A DNA stretch of 64,000 nucleotides, taken from contig NC_043009.1 of assembly GCF_006345805.1 (NCBI RefSeq), positions 1,488,001-1,552,000 of the forward strand, read 5' to 3'. This document shows positions 26,561 through 40,425 of this stretch, in pieces. Each line of letters begins with the position of its first letter. Position 1 is the stretch's first letter. This DNA comes from Octopus sinensis. Taxonomy: Eukaryota. The translations under genes and the position numbers were made by a program. Below the pieces are notes generated by a model, which worked only from the letters and a program-made list of their open reading frames with translations, did not search any database and was not told the origin of the DNA.

Positions 26561-26603
<43 letters not shown>

Positions 26604-26650
26604 GACATACATACACAAACAATTCTTTTAATATTTGAGTGTTGTTAGCA

Positions 26651-26795
26651 GTGGAGGTGCATGGCTTAGAGGTTAGGGTGTTGGAGTCACAATCATTAGA
26701 TTGTGGTTTCGAATCCTGGACCAGGTGATGTGTTATGTTCTTGAGCAAAACACTTCACTTCATGTTGCTCCAGTCCACTCAGCTGTAGAAATGAA
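26651..26795 (+). mobile_element. tRNA-derived SINE (family D)
   Basis: GTGGAGGTGCATGGCTTAGAGGTTAG...GGTTTCGAATCC...GTTCTTGAGCAAAACACTT...CACTCAGCTG. Other copies near 6170-6310, 15330-15600, 26390-26530 and 59880-60050. Confidence 0.75.
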
Positions 26796-28267
26796 TTTAG
26801 CCTGGAGAGGGAAGGGCTCCACCAGGCTTTCTCACCCTTAGTGTTGCTGCATGGCTGCAGCACTCCAGTGACCCCCAAGGTGCTAAGAAACATGTCAATT
26901 GTCAAAGTACGGTATGAATGGTTTCACGCAAAAAAATTCTCAGTTATTCAACCAGGTGTATATATCTTTTGCTGATGTATATTACTGAAGAATGGACAGA
27001 GCAGTGACCCTTTTCAAGCTAAGCACCACTCATCATGTTATTTGCTCCAAGTTACAGACACCTCTTTGTCACCCTCACCAACACTCGACCAATGACCGTT
27101 TGGAACATTACTGTCCATCAATGTAAGGGTCTGTTTAGCCAGTGGAAACGCTGGTCCAGCTGGAGTGAAAACCGCAAGGACACTAGCCATGGTCAGCTCT
27201 GACAGAAGGAGGCCCTAAAATATGATAATATATGTTACTTACCCTTGATGGAACGTAAGACTTGTGAAAGAAAAGCAGAATGATATTGTCAGTTTACATA
27301 CCTGCAAGAAAGAAAAGAGAAAATATTTGTTAGTTTTTATATCCTTGTATTTTGGATAAATAATATAAGGAAGCAGGAAGGAAAGAAAGTGTTTACCTGA
27401 TGCACTACTTTTGCTATTACACGAGACTCACTGCTTTCAATCAACAGCTCACAGTGAACTGCTTACCTACCTCAACTGCCGTTTTGTGGTCTTATAACAA
27501 TAAGTCAAGTCCACTTTTAGTCACTTGTGGGGTGGCTGGAATCCTTCCACAACATTAATATTGAACGCATGGATATAACTGAGAAGATACATTATCCATG
27601 GTCATATGCACACATAATCATCATCATCATCATCAATTTAACTTTCTCTTTTTTCATGGTCTTATAAGATAATCTGGACCTTTTGGGGCCATATTTTATG
27701 GCTGGATGCTTTCCCTGTTGCCAACATTTGTCTCTTACTACATGCACCTATTGTGAAACCATGACATCATGGTGTGTGTGTGTGTTAGCCTTGGTCTATT
27801 TACCCAGTTTAACACTTACCCAGGCACCTTGTGTGATTTTAGCAGAGTTGAGTTTGTTGCAAGTTTTTAGGTTCAGATCATCTGATTGACATTACCTTTC
27901 TCTCTCTCCTTTTCTTCCCCCTAGTGTTGGAGGCCCTGTAAGGGGTCAGAGCCACTGCCTTCCCCGCTGATTATTTGTTTAAAAAAATTGCAAGTGTTGT
28001 CATGAACAAATTAAGAGTATTCTATAGGAGTAGAAAGGTGAAACACGTTTTTTTGTAGTTGTTTGACATTTGTCCTGATTGGGTAAAGAACCCCTTCAGT
28101 CATGAATAACCATGGGATTGCACCTAGAAAGTTCCCATCCTTTATATCTACCTCATAACTATTTTTTTAAACACCCAAGTGAATAACACATTTCATTGTT
28201 ACGTTTGATTACTTTGAATATTGATTTTTTTTGTGTGTGCTATTTCTCATTTTTGCAGACAATAACA

Positions 28268-28372
28268 CTTGTGCCACTAGAAGCACCCATGCTTGTGCCA
28301 CTAGAAGCGCCCGTGCTTGTGCCACTAGAAGCACCCATGCTTGTGCCACTAGAAGAACCCATGCTTCTGCCA
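28268..28372. repeat. 24-bp tandem repeat (about 4 units) at the 5' edge of a LINE 3'-UTR copy
   Basis: CTTGTGCCACTAGAAGCACCCATG x4. Confidence 0.9.
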
Positions 28373-29794
28373 TATAAAAACGCTGGTGCCAGTGCCATGT
28401 AAAAGTGCCAAGTATGCTCTGTAAACTGGTTGGCATTGGGAAGGACATCCAGCTGTAGAAACCATGGCAAAGCAGACAAATGAAGCTGAGGTATTTCTCC
28501 AGCCTTGCCAGCTCCTTTCACATCATCCAACCCATGCAGGCATGGAGAGCAGACGTTAAATGATGACGACAACACACACTCACACACACAACTGGCTTCT
28601 TGCAGTTTCTGTCAAAGAAACCCACTCACAAGGCTTTGGTAAGCTCCAGGAAATAATGAAAAAACATTTGCCCAAGTTGGCATGCAGTGGAACTGAACCC
28701 AAAACCACATGGTTGCAAAGCGAGATTCTTCACCACACAACCATGCCTGCACCTCTGAAGGAATAGCCGAGGATGGCACAAAGCAGATAATATCAAAGGT
28801 GAAACCACTTGCTAAATAATAATAATAATTCAATGTAAGTCAGTATCTTAATTACTCAAGTTAAAGTCTATCAGTTCTTTTATTGAAGCCGTTAAAAGTG
28901 AAGCTTATTCATCGCTTGTTGAGTTTATTTTGGCAACAAATCGTTCTTAATTTCCTACACTAACCTCTTTTCTCTCTCACGAACACCATCTGGAGCCAAC
29001 ATTTGAAGCCAAAACCACCACCACCACCACATCAACAACGGTGAATTGCATTTATAATAACGCCCTTAGTGCTGTTCGCTAGAAACAACTTCACCACCAT
29101 CGTAACAACAAGATCATGATAACATAGTGCAACAACAACAACAACAATTCTTAGAATAATAACTTCTGTTGGCTGCATCATCACCATCATCTTTGTTGTT
29201 GTTGTTGTCATTATCATCAATATCATCAATGGTAGCAACAACCATTGCAACACCACCGAACGTTACCAAGAACAACAGCAACAGATTATAAGCAGATTAA
29301 AAGTAGAACAGCTTCTTACCAGATTCAACGTCCATCTCTGTTCCAATAACATAAACATACTCGTATCACACACACACACAACACATACACACACATACAC
29401 ATCACACATTAACACACACAGAGTCACAGAGTCACACACACAAGATAAAAACACCCAAAATTATACGCAATGCTTCTACAACACTTACATAGATGGCAGC
29501 ACATTGTGTAAACTGGTAAGTAATTGCATAGAGTTGAGAGAATGCTTCACTCTTGCTTAAGGTCACGATAATCTCTCACGGGGGGCTGCTGCAATACTAT
29601 ACCCTGGTCCAATGCACCGAGTAAAGTGGTTGGTGCCAGAAAGAGCATCCACTTGTAGAAACTAAGCTCAAAAGCCTTTTACATTCTCTTAAGTAGTAGT
29701 AGTATAGTAGTAGTAGTAGTGATGTGGTGGTGGCATTGATGGCGGTAAGACTGACAGCAGGATGAGCAGCAATAACAGCCATCAGACAATTATC

Positions 29795-29877
29795 ACCAAT
29801 AATAATAATAATAATAATAAAAATAATAATAATAATAAAAATAGTAATGATAATAATAATAAAAATAGTAATGATAA

Positions 29878-29908
<31 letters not shown>

Positions 29909-30048
29909 AAAAATAATAATAATAATAAAAATAGTAATGATAATAATAATAAAAATAGTAATGATAATAATAATAAAAATAATAATAATAATAATAAAAA
30001 TAATAATAATATTAAAAATAGTAATGATAATAATAATAAAAATAATAA
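29795..30048. repeat. compound (AAT)n microsatellite
   Basis: Direct reading; source of the poly-N/poly-I/poly-L ORFs. Confidence 0.95.
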
Positions 30049-30752
30049 GTTGCAGAAAAGCTGCATCTGTGTGTTTAGCAACACCCTTCCTGTCTCAAAA
30101 TTGGTAAATTGCAGGATTTACAATATAAAAGAAAGGACAAAATAAAAGATAAAAAAAGGTGGAGTCACATGTTCTCCTGTTTCTCTCTCTCTCTCTTCTC
30201 TCTCTCTCACTGCTCCCCTCAATCAAGTTCTGCCTTTAATAAACAATAACAGTGTCTTGTTGACACACATATATAATCCCTGGATAAATTCCAAATTCAA
30301 AAGCTGGCAAAAGTGCTCTTTGGTTCTTAGCATTTATTCACCGTCACGTTACAGACGGATTATAAAAGCAACTGGTGTAAATTAATGAGTTAACAATTAA
30401 CAGCAAATAATTATTCAACTTAAAACTCAATTTATGTCATGTCTACATCAGCTTAGCACATCCTCCATCAAATCTGTAATTAACAAGCCATAGCTTGGAG
30501 GTTGGAAAACAACAACTATGTTTTTGTAGAAGTTGAGAAACCTATGACCGATGTCTCCTGATCAATTTTGTTTGATTAAATCCCAGCTTGTTAAGGTTTT
30601 GGGGGTCATTGTTGTAATTGTAAATTCTTGGGGTTTTATTCCTGAACTGGGTGATGTTTAACTTTTTTTTTTGTTATCATATATCTGTTGAAACAGATTC
30701 TTTTTACTTCAATCAATTTCTAAAATATTGAAGAATTTAGGAAAATAACAAT

Positions 30753-31165
30753 TCATCATCATCATCGTTTAATATCTGCTTTCCATGCTAGAATGGGTTG
30801 GACGATTTGACTGAGGACTGGTGAACCAGATGGCTGCACCAGGCTCCAATCTTGATCTGGCAGAGTTTCTACAGCTGGATGCCCTTCCTAACGCCAACCA
30901 CTCCGAGCGGTAATGGCAATGGCCATGCTCAAATGGTGTTTTTTGCATGCCACCTGCACAGGAATCAGTCTAGCAGCACTGGCAACGACCTCGCTTGAAT
31001 GATTTTTCACGTGCCAGTAAGTTGACGCTGGTAACAATCACACTCAAATGGTGCTTTTTATGTGCCACCAGCATGGAAGCCAGTCAGCTGCTCTGGCAAA
31101 GATCATGCTCGGATGGTGCTCTTAGCGCTCCACTAGCACAGATGCCAGTCATCGAATTTGATTTA
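30753..31165 (-). mobile_element. RTEX-like LINE 3' UTR-only copy
   Basis: (CAT)n tail on +, GGATGCCCTTCCTAACGCCAACC, repeated GGTGCTTTTTATGTGCCACC. Confidence 0.85.
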
Positions 31166-31243
31166 TTTATTAATTTTATGTTAATATATTGACATAAAAT
31201 TTTGAGGGAAGAATTCAATTTAGATTGCTTTAACGCTTTATCA

Positions 31244-31371
31244 TTTAACCTTTAGCATGCTTATTGCTGTACGAGTTCTCTCTCCTATAGCTGCAGGTGC
31301 ATTGTGTTGCATTGAGAGGAGAGAAACCTCATATGGTGACATGATGCACCTACAGCAGGCTAAAGGTTAAA
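31244..31371. mobile_element. short hairpin MITE
   Basis: TTTAACCTTTAGC ... GCTAAAGGTTAAA perfect 13-bp TIR, with internal partial symmetry (GCAGGTGCAT / ATGCACCTAC). Confidence 0.65.
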
Positions 31372-32050
31372 CAGGCCAAATATTCTACCTATTTTATGTT
31401 TAGACTGGTCATATCTGGTCTGTCACACATACTCAACAATGTCATTCTAGAAATATACAATCACATCATTGAAATCACAAAACTATGAGACAATGCAGGA
31501 TTGATTGAAAACAATATGAATGAAAGAGCCTTACATCTGACAGAGTAATCTGAATGCTGAAGGGTTGAAAACAGTAAGTTTATATAAAACCACGAGTGGT
31601 CACAGGCAGGTTCATATCACAAGTGTTTAATCCTTTTGTTGCTATATTTCTGTTAAAATACCCTTTGTTTCAATGATTTTTTTAAATGATTTGGTAAAAT
31701 GACTCATTATTAACCCTTTGGCATTCATGTGGCTCTGTCAAATGTGATGCCTATTTTTTTTACATTTAGGTGTGGGCATGGCTGTGTGGTTAGGAAGCTT
31801 GCTTCCTAGTTTACATGGTTTCGGGTTCAGTCCCACCGCGTGGCCCCTTGGGCAAGTGTCTTCTGCTATAGCCCCGGGCCAACCGAAGCTTTGTGATTGA
31901 ATTTGGTAGGCGGAATTTACTGCCACGTGTGTCTATGTGTAGGTGCTTGAGAGAGAGAGTGGGGGGTGGGTAGAATTAATCATGCATTATCTCGTAGCTT
32001 TGAAATTTCAATAATGTGATTGCATATTATTAGAATGATATTGTAAGGTA

Positions 32051-32323
32051 GTGAAGGTGCATGGGTCAGTCGTTGGAGCATTGGGCTCACAATCATGAGG
32101 TAGCAAGTTCAATTCCCCAATCAGGCTGTGTGTTGTGTTCTTAAGCAAGACGCTTTATTTCCAGTTGCTCCAGTTCACTCAGCTGTAGAAATGAGTTGCA
32201 ACGTCACAGGTGCCAAGCTGTATCGGCCCCTTTGCCTTTCCCTTGGATAACACTGGTGGCACGAAGAGGGGAGGCTGGTATGCATGGGCGACTGCTGGTC
32301 TTCCATAAACAACCTTGCCAGGA
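32051..32323 (+). mobile_element. SINE family D, longer copy
   Basis: Same head and core as 26651, plus a 3' domain ...GGCGACTGCTGGTCTTCCATAAACAACCTTGCC. Confidence 0.7.
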
Positions 32324-34149
32324 CACAAACACACACACATATATATACAATTAACTTTTTGGGGTTTTTGTTTACCAAATCCACTCCTAACTACATGGTT
32401 CTAGGTTCAGTCCCACTGCACACCACTTCGGGAACGTGTCTAGCTTCAAGCTGAACAAAGCCTTTTGGCAGATGGAAACTGAAAGGAATCCATTGTATGT
32501 GTGCGTTTATATTCTTTTATTCGTTTCAGTCATTTGAATGCAGGACTGCCTTTAGTTGAAGAAATCAACCCCAGGACTTATTCTTTGTATGCCTAGTACT
32601 TATTCTATCAGTCTCTTTTGCTCAACTGCTAAGTTATGAGGATGTAAACACATCAACATCGGTTGTCAAACGATGGTGAGGGGACAGACACACAAACATA
32701 CACACACACATATATGACAGGCTTCTTTCAGTTTCCATCTACCAAATCCACTCACAAGGCTTTGGTTGGCCCAAGGTTACAGTAGAAGACACCTGCCCAA
32801 GGTGCCACGCAGTGGGACCGAACCTGGAACCATGTGGTTAGTAAGCAAGCTATTTACCACACAGCCACTCCTGCACCCATATATATATATATATATTATA
32901 TATGTATTTATTCATGTGTGTATGTTTCTTCAACTGCTGCTCAACAGGCAGTGTTGGTTTGTTTACATCCCCATAACTTAGCAACTTGGCTAAAGATTCC
33001 AATAGTCTAAGTACTAAGCTTTAAAAAAAAGCTCTAAGTACTAGGGGTTAATTTGTATGACTAAAATTTTTCAAGGCTGTGCCCCAGCATGGCCACACTT
33101 TAATGACTGAAACAAGTAAAAGATAAAACTACACACTGTGTGTGTCAGTGTGTGTGTGTGTATGTGTAGATGAGTGTGTGCATGTGTGTGTATATGTGCA
33201 TGTATGTGTATGTGTGCATGTGTGAGTGTGTGCATGTGTGAGTGTGTGCATGTGTGAGTGTGTGCATGTGTGTGCATGTGTGTGCATGTGTGTGTGTGTG
33301 TGTGTGTGTGCATGAAACCTGATCCACCAAATGACAGCCGGTCATCAACAATAGAATCGTTGGCTGTCCAGTGAAATAAAAAAACATTTCAAATGCCCCT
33401 CCCCTCTCCATAACACTCACTTGCACTCTCTCTCTCTCTCTCTCTAACATGACTTGCTTTCACTTTCTCCCTCTCTCTCTCTTCCTTTTACTGACTCTTT
33501 TCCTCCCCCTCTCTCATTGTCTTCCTCTCTTTCTCTATACTGCACCAACTGGTAAAAGGTGCGCATGATATTCTCATCGGATAGGTATGTGGACACTAAG
33601 GGAGTGAGAGAGATGGGGGTGGGGGTGGAGGAGAGGAAATAGGGATATTGGTTGTGGGATGGGGATAGAAGGGATGGGGGAGAGGGATAACGGGAAGGCC
33701 TTGTTGGTGATGGTGGCAGTAGTCGGTGGTGCCCCCCCCCCCCACGGAATAAAGCAAAGAAGAAATGAGAAGAGAAACAAAGAGACAAGGTGGAAGTGGG
33801 TGAGGCGGGGGGGAGGGGGGAGAAAAGAAGCAAGTAAAGAGACATAAATGAAAAAAAAAACAAATTAAAAAGATAGTGAAAGAAAGGAAGAAGGTGAACA
33901 ACAGCAACGCCACCACCACCACCACAATAAGACTAACCCTTCCTCAATGTGATTACAATAACAAATACTATTTGACCTCTGCTTATTTCATGTGAACACA
34001 CACACACACACACACACACACATCGAATAAATCTGATGTTGAAAACTGAACTCTTTGTCAAACAATGTTTGATGAAATGTGATAATGGTTTGTTTTGAAT
34101 CCTTTCATCTGGAAATGTTTTTTGTTTTTCTTTTGGAAACTTTTTGTTG

Positions 34150-34593
34150 TACTCTTTTATTCTTATACTTTTACTTGTTTCAGTCATTTGACCGCGGCCA
34201 TGCTGGAGCACCGCTTTTAGTCGAGCATATCGAACCCCAGGACTTATTCTTTGTAAGCCTAGGACTTATTCTATCGGTCTGTTTTTGTGGGACCGCTAAG
34301 TTACGGGGATGTAAACACACCAGCATCGGTTGTCAAGCAATGTTGGGGAGCAAACACAGGCACACAAACATACATACATACATACATATATATATATACA
34401 TACACACACACACACAACACACATATATATATGACGGGCTTCTTTCAGTTTCCGTCTACCAAATCCACTCAAGGCTTTGGTCAACCCGAGGCTATAGTAG
34501 AAAACACTTGCCCAAGGTGCCATACAGTGGAACTGAACCCAGAACCATGTGGTTGGTAAGCAAGCTACTTACCACAAAGCCACTCCTGCACCT
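34150..34593 (-). mobile_element. SINE family A, full length
   Basis: Match to family consensus. Confidence 0.9.
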
Positions 34594-35000
34594 GTACTCG
34601 ATAAGACGCGTCAAGCTAAGTAAAATCCCTGTCTTCCACCCATACAGGCTTGACCTTTCGGGTGCTGCATAAATGCACCCATTATCAAAACCATGTAAAA
34701 AGCACCCAGTACACTCCTAAGTCGTTGGTATTAGGAAGGGCATCCAGTCATAGAAACCCTGCTACAACAGACAGATGGAGTCTGGAGAGTTCCCTGGCTG
34801 GCCATTTCCATATCAAACCGTCCAACTCATGCCACCATGGAAAGTAGACATTAAACAATGATGAGGAAGAAATTTTGTAACAACCCAAGCACTGATATGT
34901 GCTTGCGTATCTGTCTTTCTGTATACAAGGTTAGCCAAAAGTCACCTGACAGTAAATCAAAACCATTTAATTCCAAGATTTATTTCTGTTTGCCATGGTC

Positions 35001-35049
<49 letters not shown>

Positions 35050-35226
35050 ATATATATATATATATATACCTACAAGAATTCACAATGACCTCGAACACAC
35101 AAGTGCAAACAAGACAGAGAAAGGCAGAAAAGGCAGAAACAAGGAAAATGCCACTTATATTTGAACACTATACAAATATTCCTAAAAAAACTTTTCTTCT
35201 AATTTTTCTAAATTTAATTATTTAAT

Positions 35227-35274
35227 CGTTACAGTTGAAAAGGTCTCAAAATGACCGAAACCGGTACTGAAATG
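35227..35274 (+). ncRNA. degenerate minimal type-I hammerhead motif (third family)
   Basis: CGTTACAG-TTGAAAA-GGTC(tcaaaat)GACC-GAAAC-CG-GTA-CTGAAATG. Stems I and II are present and stem III is the palindrome ACCGGT; there are two core substitutions. Confidence 0.5.
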
Positions 35275-35320
35275 TTCTTCACTATAAAATTATTTAAGCA
35301 TTTTCTATCTTTACTTGTTT

Positions 35321-35358
<38 letters not shown>

Positions 35359-36075
35359 TAGTTTCTCCCTTAGTTTATGGAACAAAAAACAAGTCTGGAC
35401 ATGCTTTCATGGATGCTTGTAAACAAATGTAGGGGTCACAAAACAGAAGTAGTACCTTTGACGTTTGGCAGCTGCACCTTACCATGAATGGTCAGGTGGA
35501 CAAGCATCACTGGTCCTCATTCAACTCCTAGTCTCACACTTGTACAGTGCTAGGTTCCTAGTACTGTACCCCAGTACCCCATTTCAGCTGGTGGGCTAAA
35601 CCAATTGAGGGGAAGGTGTTAGCATTGCACCAGCAGGTGAAAGACTCTGGGTAAGGCTTTACAAGGAGTCACTGTGTAGGGTGGATTAACTTTCTCAGAT
35701 CAACAGTAGCATTTGGGGCCCAAGGTGTGTCTCAGGTAGATGCATAGGGTTGTGGTTAACAACTTGGAGAGGAATAGATGCCGCCAAGCTAATTTGACCA
35801 GGATACATTCGTGATGGTGATAACCAGACCAGAACTCATACCCGATCAGTTGTCACCTGGAATAACATTAAAGAGTGGGCAGACCTGAAATTTGCTGATT
35901 CACAAGGACAACAGAAAACCAAGAGAACCCACAAAATCTAGTTTTGATGTCATCAGCCACCAAATACCTCCATGACCACATGGTCAATGGATAAGAAGGA
36001 AGAAAGGCTTAAAATTAGTGAATATATTTCAAGACAAGATGAATACACACACACACACACACACACGAGGGAGGG

Positions 36076-36169
<94 letters not shown>

Positions 36170-36619
36170 TGAGAAAGCGAGCCTCAAAAATTCGAGCAGT
36201 AAAGGAGTGCTGGTGAACAAACTATAAGATTGAGTTCAAGTATGGCTAAGTAAACTTGACCTTTGACACACAATAAGTGTTAAGAATAACCTCACATGAC
36301 CTGACCGCTTGTTTATCAGGTAATCAGAATAAGTTTGAAATGTCCAGGTAATGAGGGTGTATTTTTCTATGTATTATATTTACTTTACTTAAAATGGTGG
36401 CTAAATGTCTGAAAGTATTTGCATCAGTTCTTTATAAGTTTCAAAGTCTAGTATTATTTCATCAGTAATTTTTGCTCAACTACTAAGTTACAGTCATTAT
36501 GAGGCCCAGTCTTTGTTGTGATGTGGTGGCTTGTATGCCTCAATGACCCTGAGGACTGTCTAGCTGAGTTCAAGCTCCTAGAAGGGCCACCTATGCTGGA
36601 CAGGTCAAAGAACATATCT

Positions 36620-37112
36620 ATCTAGGGTCACTTTGTGTCAGAGCTGACTGTAAGTAGTATCCTTGCCGTTTTCAGCCCAGCTGGAGCAGTGTCTCCAGTG
36701 GCTTAACAGACCTATACACGAGTGACAATCTCTGTCACATCAAGCACATTTGTATACAGTCTTAGGTCCTTTAGCATCACTGAACTCCTTTTGCCAGGCT
36801 TCCTTGTCTGCTGTGGTGCTCATTAACCTATTTTTCCCTGACTCGAGGTGTTCATTCCGGTTGCTCCTTGATGTTGGCCGATCAACTGCAAGGCTCTCCC
36901 AGGACTCTGCATTGATGACAAGGGCCTTCAAATCTCTTTTTACAACATCCCTGTATTGCAGCCATGGTCAACTGGTAGCTCTTCTTCTGGATGCCAGCTC
37001 CCCATAGAGAATGTCCTTTGGGATGCGGCCATCCTTCATGCAGTGGACATGTCCTAGCCAGTGCAATCTGCATTGTCAAAGCAGAGTGAACGTGCTGGAA
37101 GGCCTTACCAGG
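36620..37112 (-). mobile_element. RTE-clade (BovB-like) LINE 3' fragment, frameshifted
   Basis: RLHWLGHVHCMKDGRIPKDILYGELAS...QYRDVVKRDLKAL and terminal CDRDCHSCIGLLSHWRHC. A second 3'-end copy is on + at about 27095-27217. Confidence 0.8.
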
Positions 37113-37532
37113 TCAAAGGATAGAGGCCTCATTAATTTGAACCACCTCAGAGGTAAAAAGGATTTGCATAGGGCCAACACTCCAAAGCTACTGAAGCATT
37201 GAAGGCAATGCAAAACCAACAAAACTTGGAAAATGAAGGCCTTTTCTCGGGGAAGCATCAAAGAGCCTAAAGATGATTTATACAAAAGGAAGAGGAAAAT
37301 AGGGATCCAGCTGGAGAGAAGCAGGAAAGAGAGTCTGGGGTCAAGAACAGCGGAGAAAAATTGTCAGTGGCCAAAGCTCTGTTGGGAGTGAAGGACATAA
37401 ACAGCAGCTAAGTGACAGGGACACAAACAAACCAGGGCTGGATATTAGGCAGACAAGCATAAAGATGCACTATACACACACACAAATACAATGGGCTTCC
37501 ACACAGTATCCATCAACCAAATTGACTTGCAA

Positions 37533-37640
37533 GAAGGCTGGACGATATATCAGTCGAAACGTGTTAACAACAAACAAGATGAGGGCAAATATCCGTTGAA
37601 TGTAAATAATGTAAATAATTCCTCATCTCTCAAATATGGA
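37533..37640 (+). repeat. third, 5'-truncated copy of the 24.9-kb hammerhead-bearing repeat
   Basis: GAAGGCTGGACGATATATCAGTCGAAACGTGTTAACAACAAACAAGATGAGGGCAAATATCC...TTCCTCATCTC. Confidence 0.7.
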
Positions 37641-38502
37641 ACAACATATTTTATGTTTTAACTCTTTCATTACCATATTTCTGTTGAAATATACTGCCCT
37701 TGTTTCAATTAGTTTTTAAAATAATGAAGTATTTAGTAAAATAATTTTCTGGGATTTGGAGCCTAAAGGAAGTTGAGAGGAGATTTTACTTTAAATAATG
37801 TTAAAACGAGAAGTGTGCATCTTAGATGAAGGGGTTGTTTTTAGGTGAGTTGGTAGTAAAAGGGTTAACTTGACTGTTTCTGTCCTGACAGAGCAAATGA
37901 CTTCATAGAGGTTGTTTGATGACGGCAATGAAAATGGTGATGACATCAATGATGATGATGGTGATGACGAATATGATTGCAATACTAGTGATTTCAGTGC
38001 AGAGCAATATTCAATTTTCGTAAAGGAATAGACCAATATATAATCAATATTGTTAATAATCAATATTATTTAATCAATATAGTCGCACCCTGATCCTAAT
38101 TTAGCAGTGGTAAATATTCTAATTTGAACAGATTCCATCTGAGGAATGAGACAAAGTAAGAAGAGGTAGGTGTGAAGAGGAAGAGGAGAGAATGAGGGGG
38201 GAGATGGATGAAGTGAAAGAAGATCAGGTACAGACTGTTGCTGCTGTTTAGCCCCAGGCCAGGACTGATTAATCAACTCTAGAATTAAAGATATTCCAGC
38301 TGTGACCATCCTGTCTTTCATCTTCTTTAGGAAAGGAACTCGAAATATTATCGAAAATATCTTATTTTCATTTATTTATTCATTTATTTTTGAAGATTGG
38401 AGGGTGATATTGGTGCTATTTCTAGCCAAGTTGAGTGACTACATTGAGGCTCCCTTGAGTTGGTGGAGCTGATGGCAAGAGTTGACTAACGGTCATGGCT
38501 TC

Positions 38503-38895
38503 TACTCTTTTACTTGTTTCAGGCATTTGAATGTGGCCATGCTGGAGCACCACCTTTAGTCGAGTAAATCAACCCCAGGACTTATTCTTTGTAAGCCTAG
38601 TACTTATTATATCGGTCTCTTTTACCAAACTGCTAAGTTACAGGGACGTAAACACACCAGTATCGGTTGTCAAGTGATGTTGGGGGGACAATCACAGACA
38701 CACAAACATACACACACACACATATATATATATGCATATATACGACAGGCTTCTTTTCAGTTTCCGTCTGCCAAATCCACTCACAAGGCTTTGGTCAGCT
38801 CAAGGCTATAGTAGAAAACACTTGCCTAAGGTGCCATACAGTGGGACTGAACACAGAATCATGTGGTTGAAAAGCAAGCTTCTTGCCACACATCC
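38503..38895 (-). mobile_element. SINE family A, full length
   Basis: Match to family consensus. Confidence 0.85.
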
Positions 38896-39771
38896 ACATA
38901 AAAAAACACTCAGCACATTCTCTCAAGTGGTTGGCATTTGGAGGGGCATTCAGCTGTAGAAATCATGCCAAAGCAGACATAGAACCTCGTAGAGCCCTCT
39001 GGCTTGTTTGTTCTTGTCAAACCATAGACAGCATAAAAAAAAAGGGACATTAATTAATAATGATGATGATATATATATATGTGTATATATATATATATAT
39101 ATGTGTGTATATATATATCTGTGTGTGTGTGTGTGTGCTTGACAGCGTTGGTTTGTTCATGTTCCTGTAACTTTGATATTTGGCATAACAGATGGACAGA
39201 GTAAGAACCAGACTTACAGGGAAAACCAAAAAGCCAAAAAAGAACTGGGGTCAACTTGTTTGATTAAATCCTTCAAAGTGGTGCCCCAGCATGGCTGCAG
39301 TCCAAGGACTATAACCAGTAAAAAAAAAAAAGATAAAAGAACTCCCTAATATAAAACGAAGGGGCTGTGTGTTTATAAGTTATTAAATGTCAGGACAGTA
39401 TGACCCACGATGAAGATGTTGGCAGGGTCAGGATAACATCGATCCAATCGTGATGGAGAAGGCAGAAGAAAATGTGTTGAGAAGAAGAAGAAGCCAAACC
39501 ATCATTTGATCCACTCCTAGCACGCCTGAGTGGTTGTGGATTACTCATGCAGAACCGGACATGGATGAGGTCCATTAACTAAACTGGCAGCAGCTGTAGT
39601 GTTACTATAGATAGATATAAAGAAAGAAAGAATGAAATAAAGAAACAATAAGGGAGGTGATGAGTGCGGAAAAAGGAGAGAGGCTGAGGTTTGCTGTCAG
39701 GCTTAAGTATTATATATATATATATATATCTATATATATATATATATATAATATAGACATATACACCTCTG

Positions 39772-39807
<36 letters not shown>

Positions 39808-40385
39808 CACACACATACACATATACATGTGTGTGCATGTAGAGAGAGAGAAAGGCATATACATACACACCAGACATAAAGAAAACAAGATTCTTAGGAA
39901 GCTAATAGTAGGCAGTGATGTCCGTGTGTCCATGTGTGTATGTGTGTGCGCGTATATGCGTGTGTGAGTATATGAGGGATAGTACGTGTGTGCGTGTGTG
40001 TGTGAGTGAGTGTATGATTGCGTATGTATGAATGGGTGCATGTGTATATGAGAGTGTGTGTATGTTTGAGTGTGAGTACACACAAAAATACACATACATT
40101 CACACATATATGCATGCACGCACACACGTATACATACATACACACATGCATACACACACATACATAAACACTCATACACATATATACATATTCACATATG
40201 TACACACATATTCCTTATTAGTTTTAATTACTTGGCCATACTGGAGCACTGCCATCAAATACTTAGTATGTATTTTATTGATCTTTTTTTTTTGCTGAAC
40301 CACTAAGTTACAGGACATAATGGGACGTGACGTAGAAAATGCTCTTTTTAGATTGCGGTAAACAAACATGTATACATGTGTGTGT

Positions 40386-40425
<40 letters not shown>

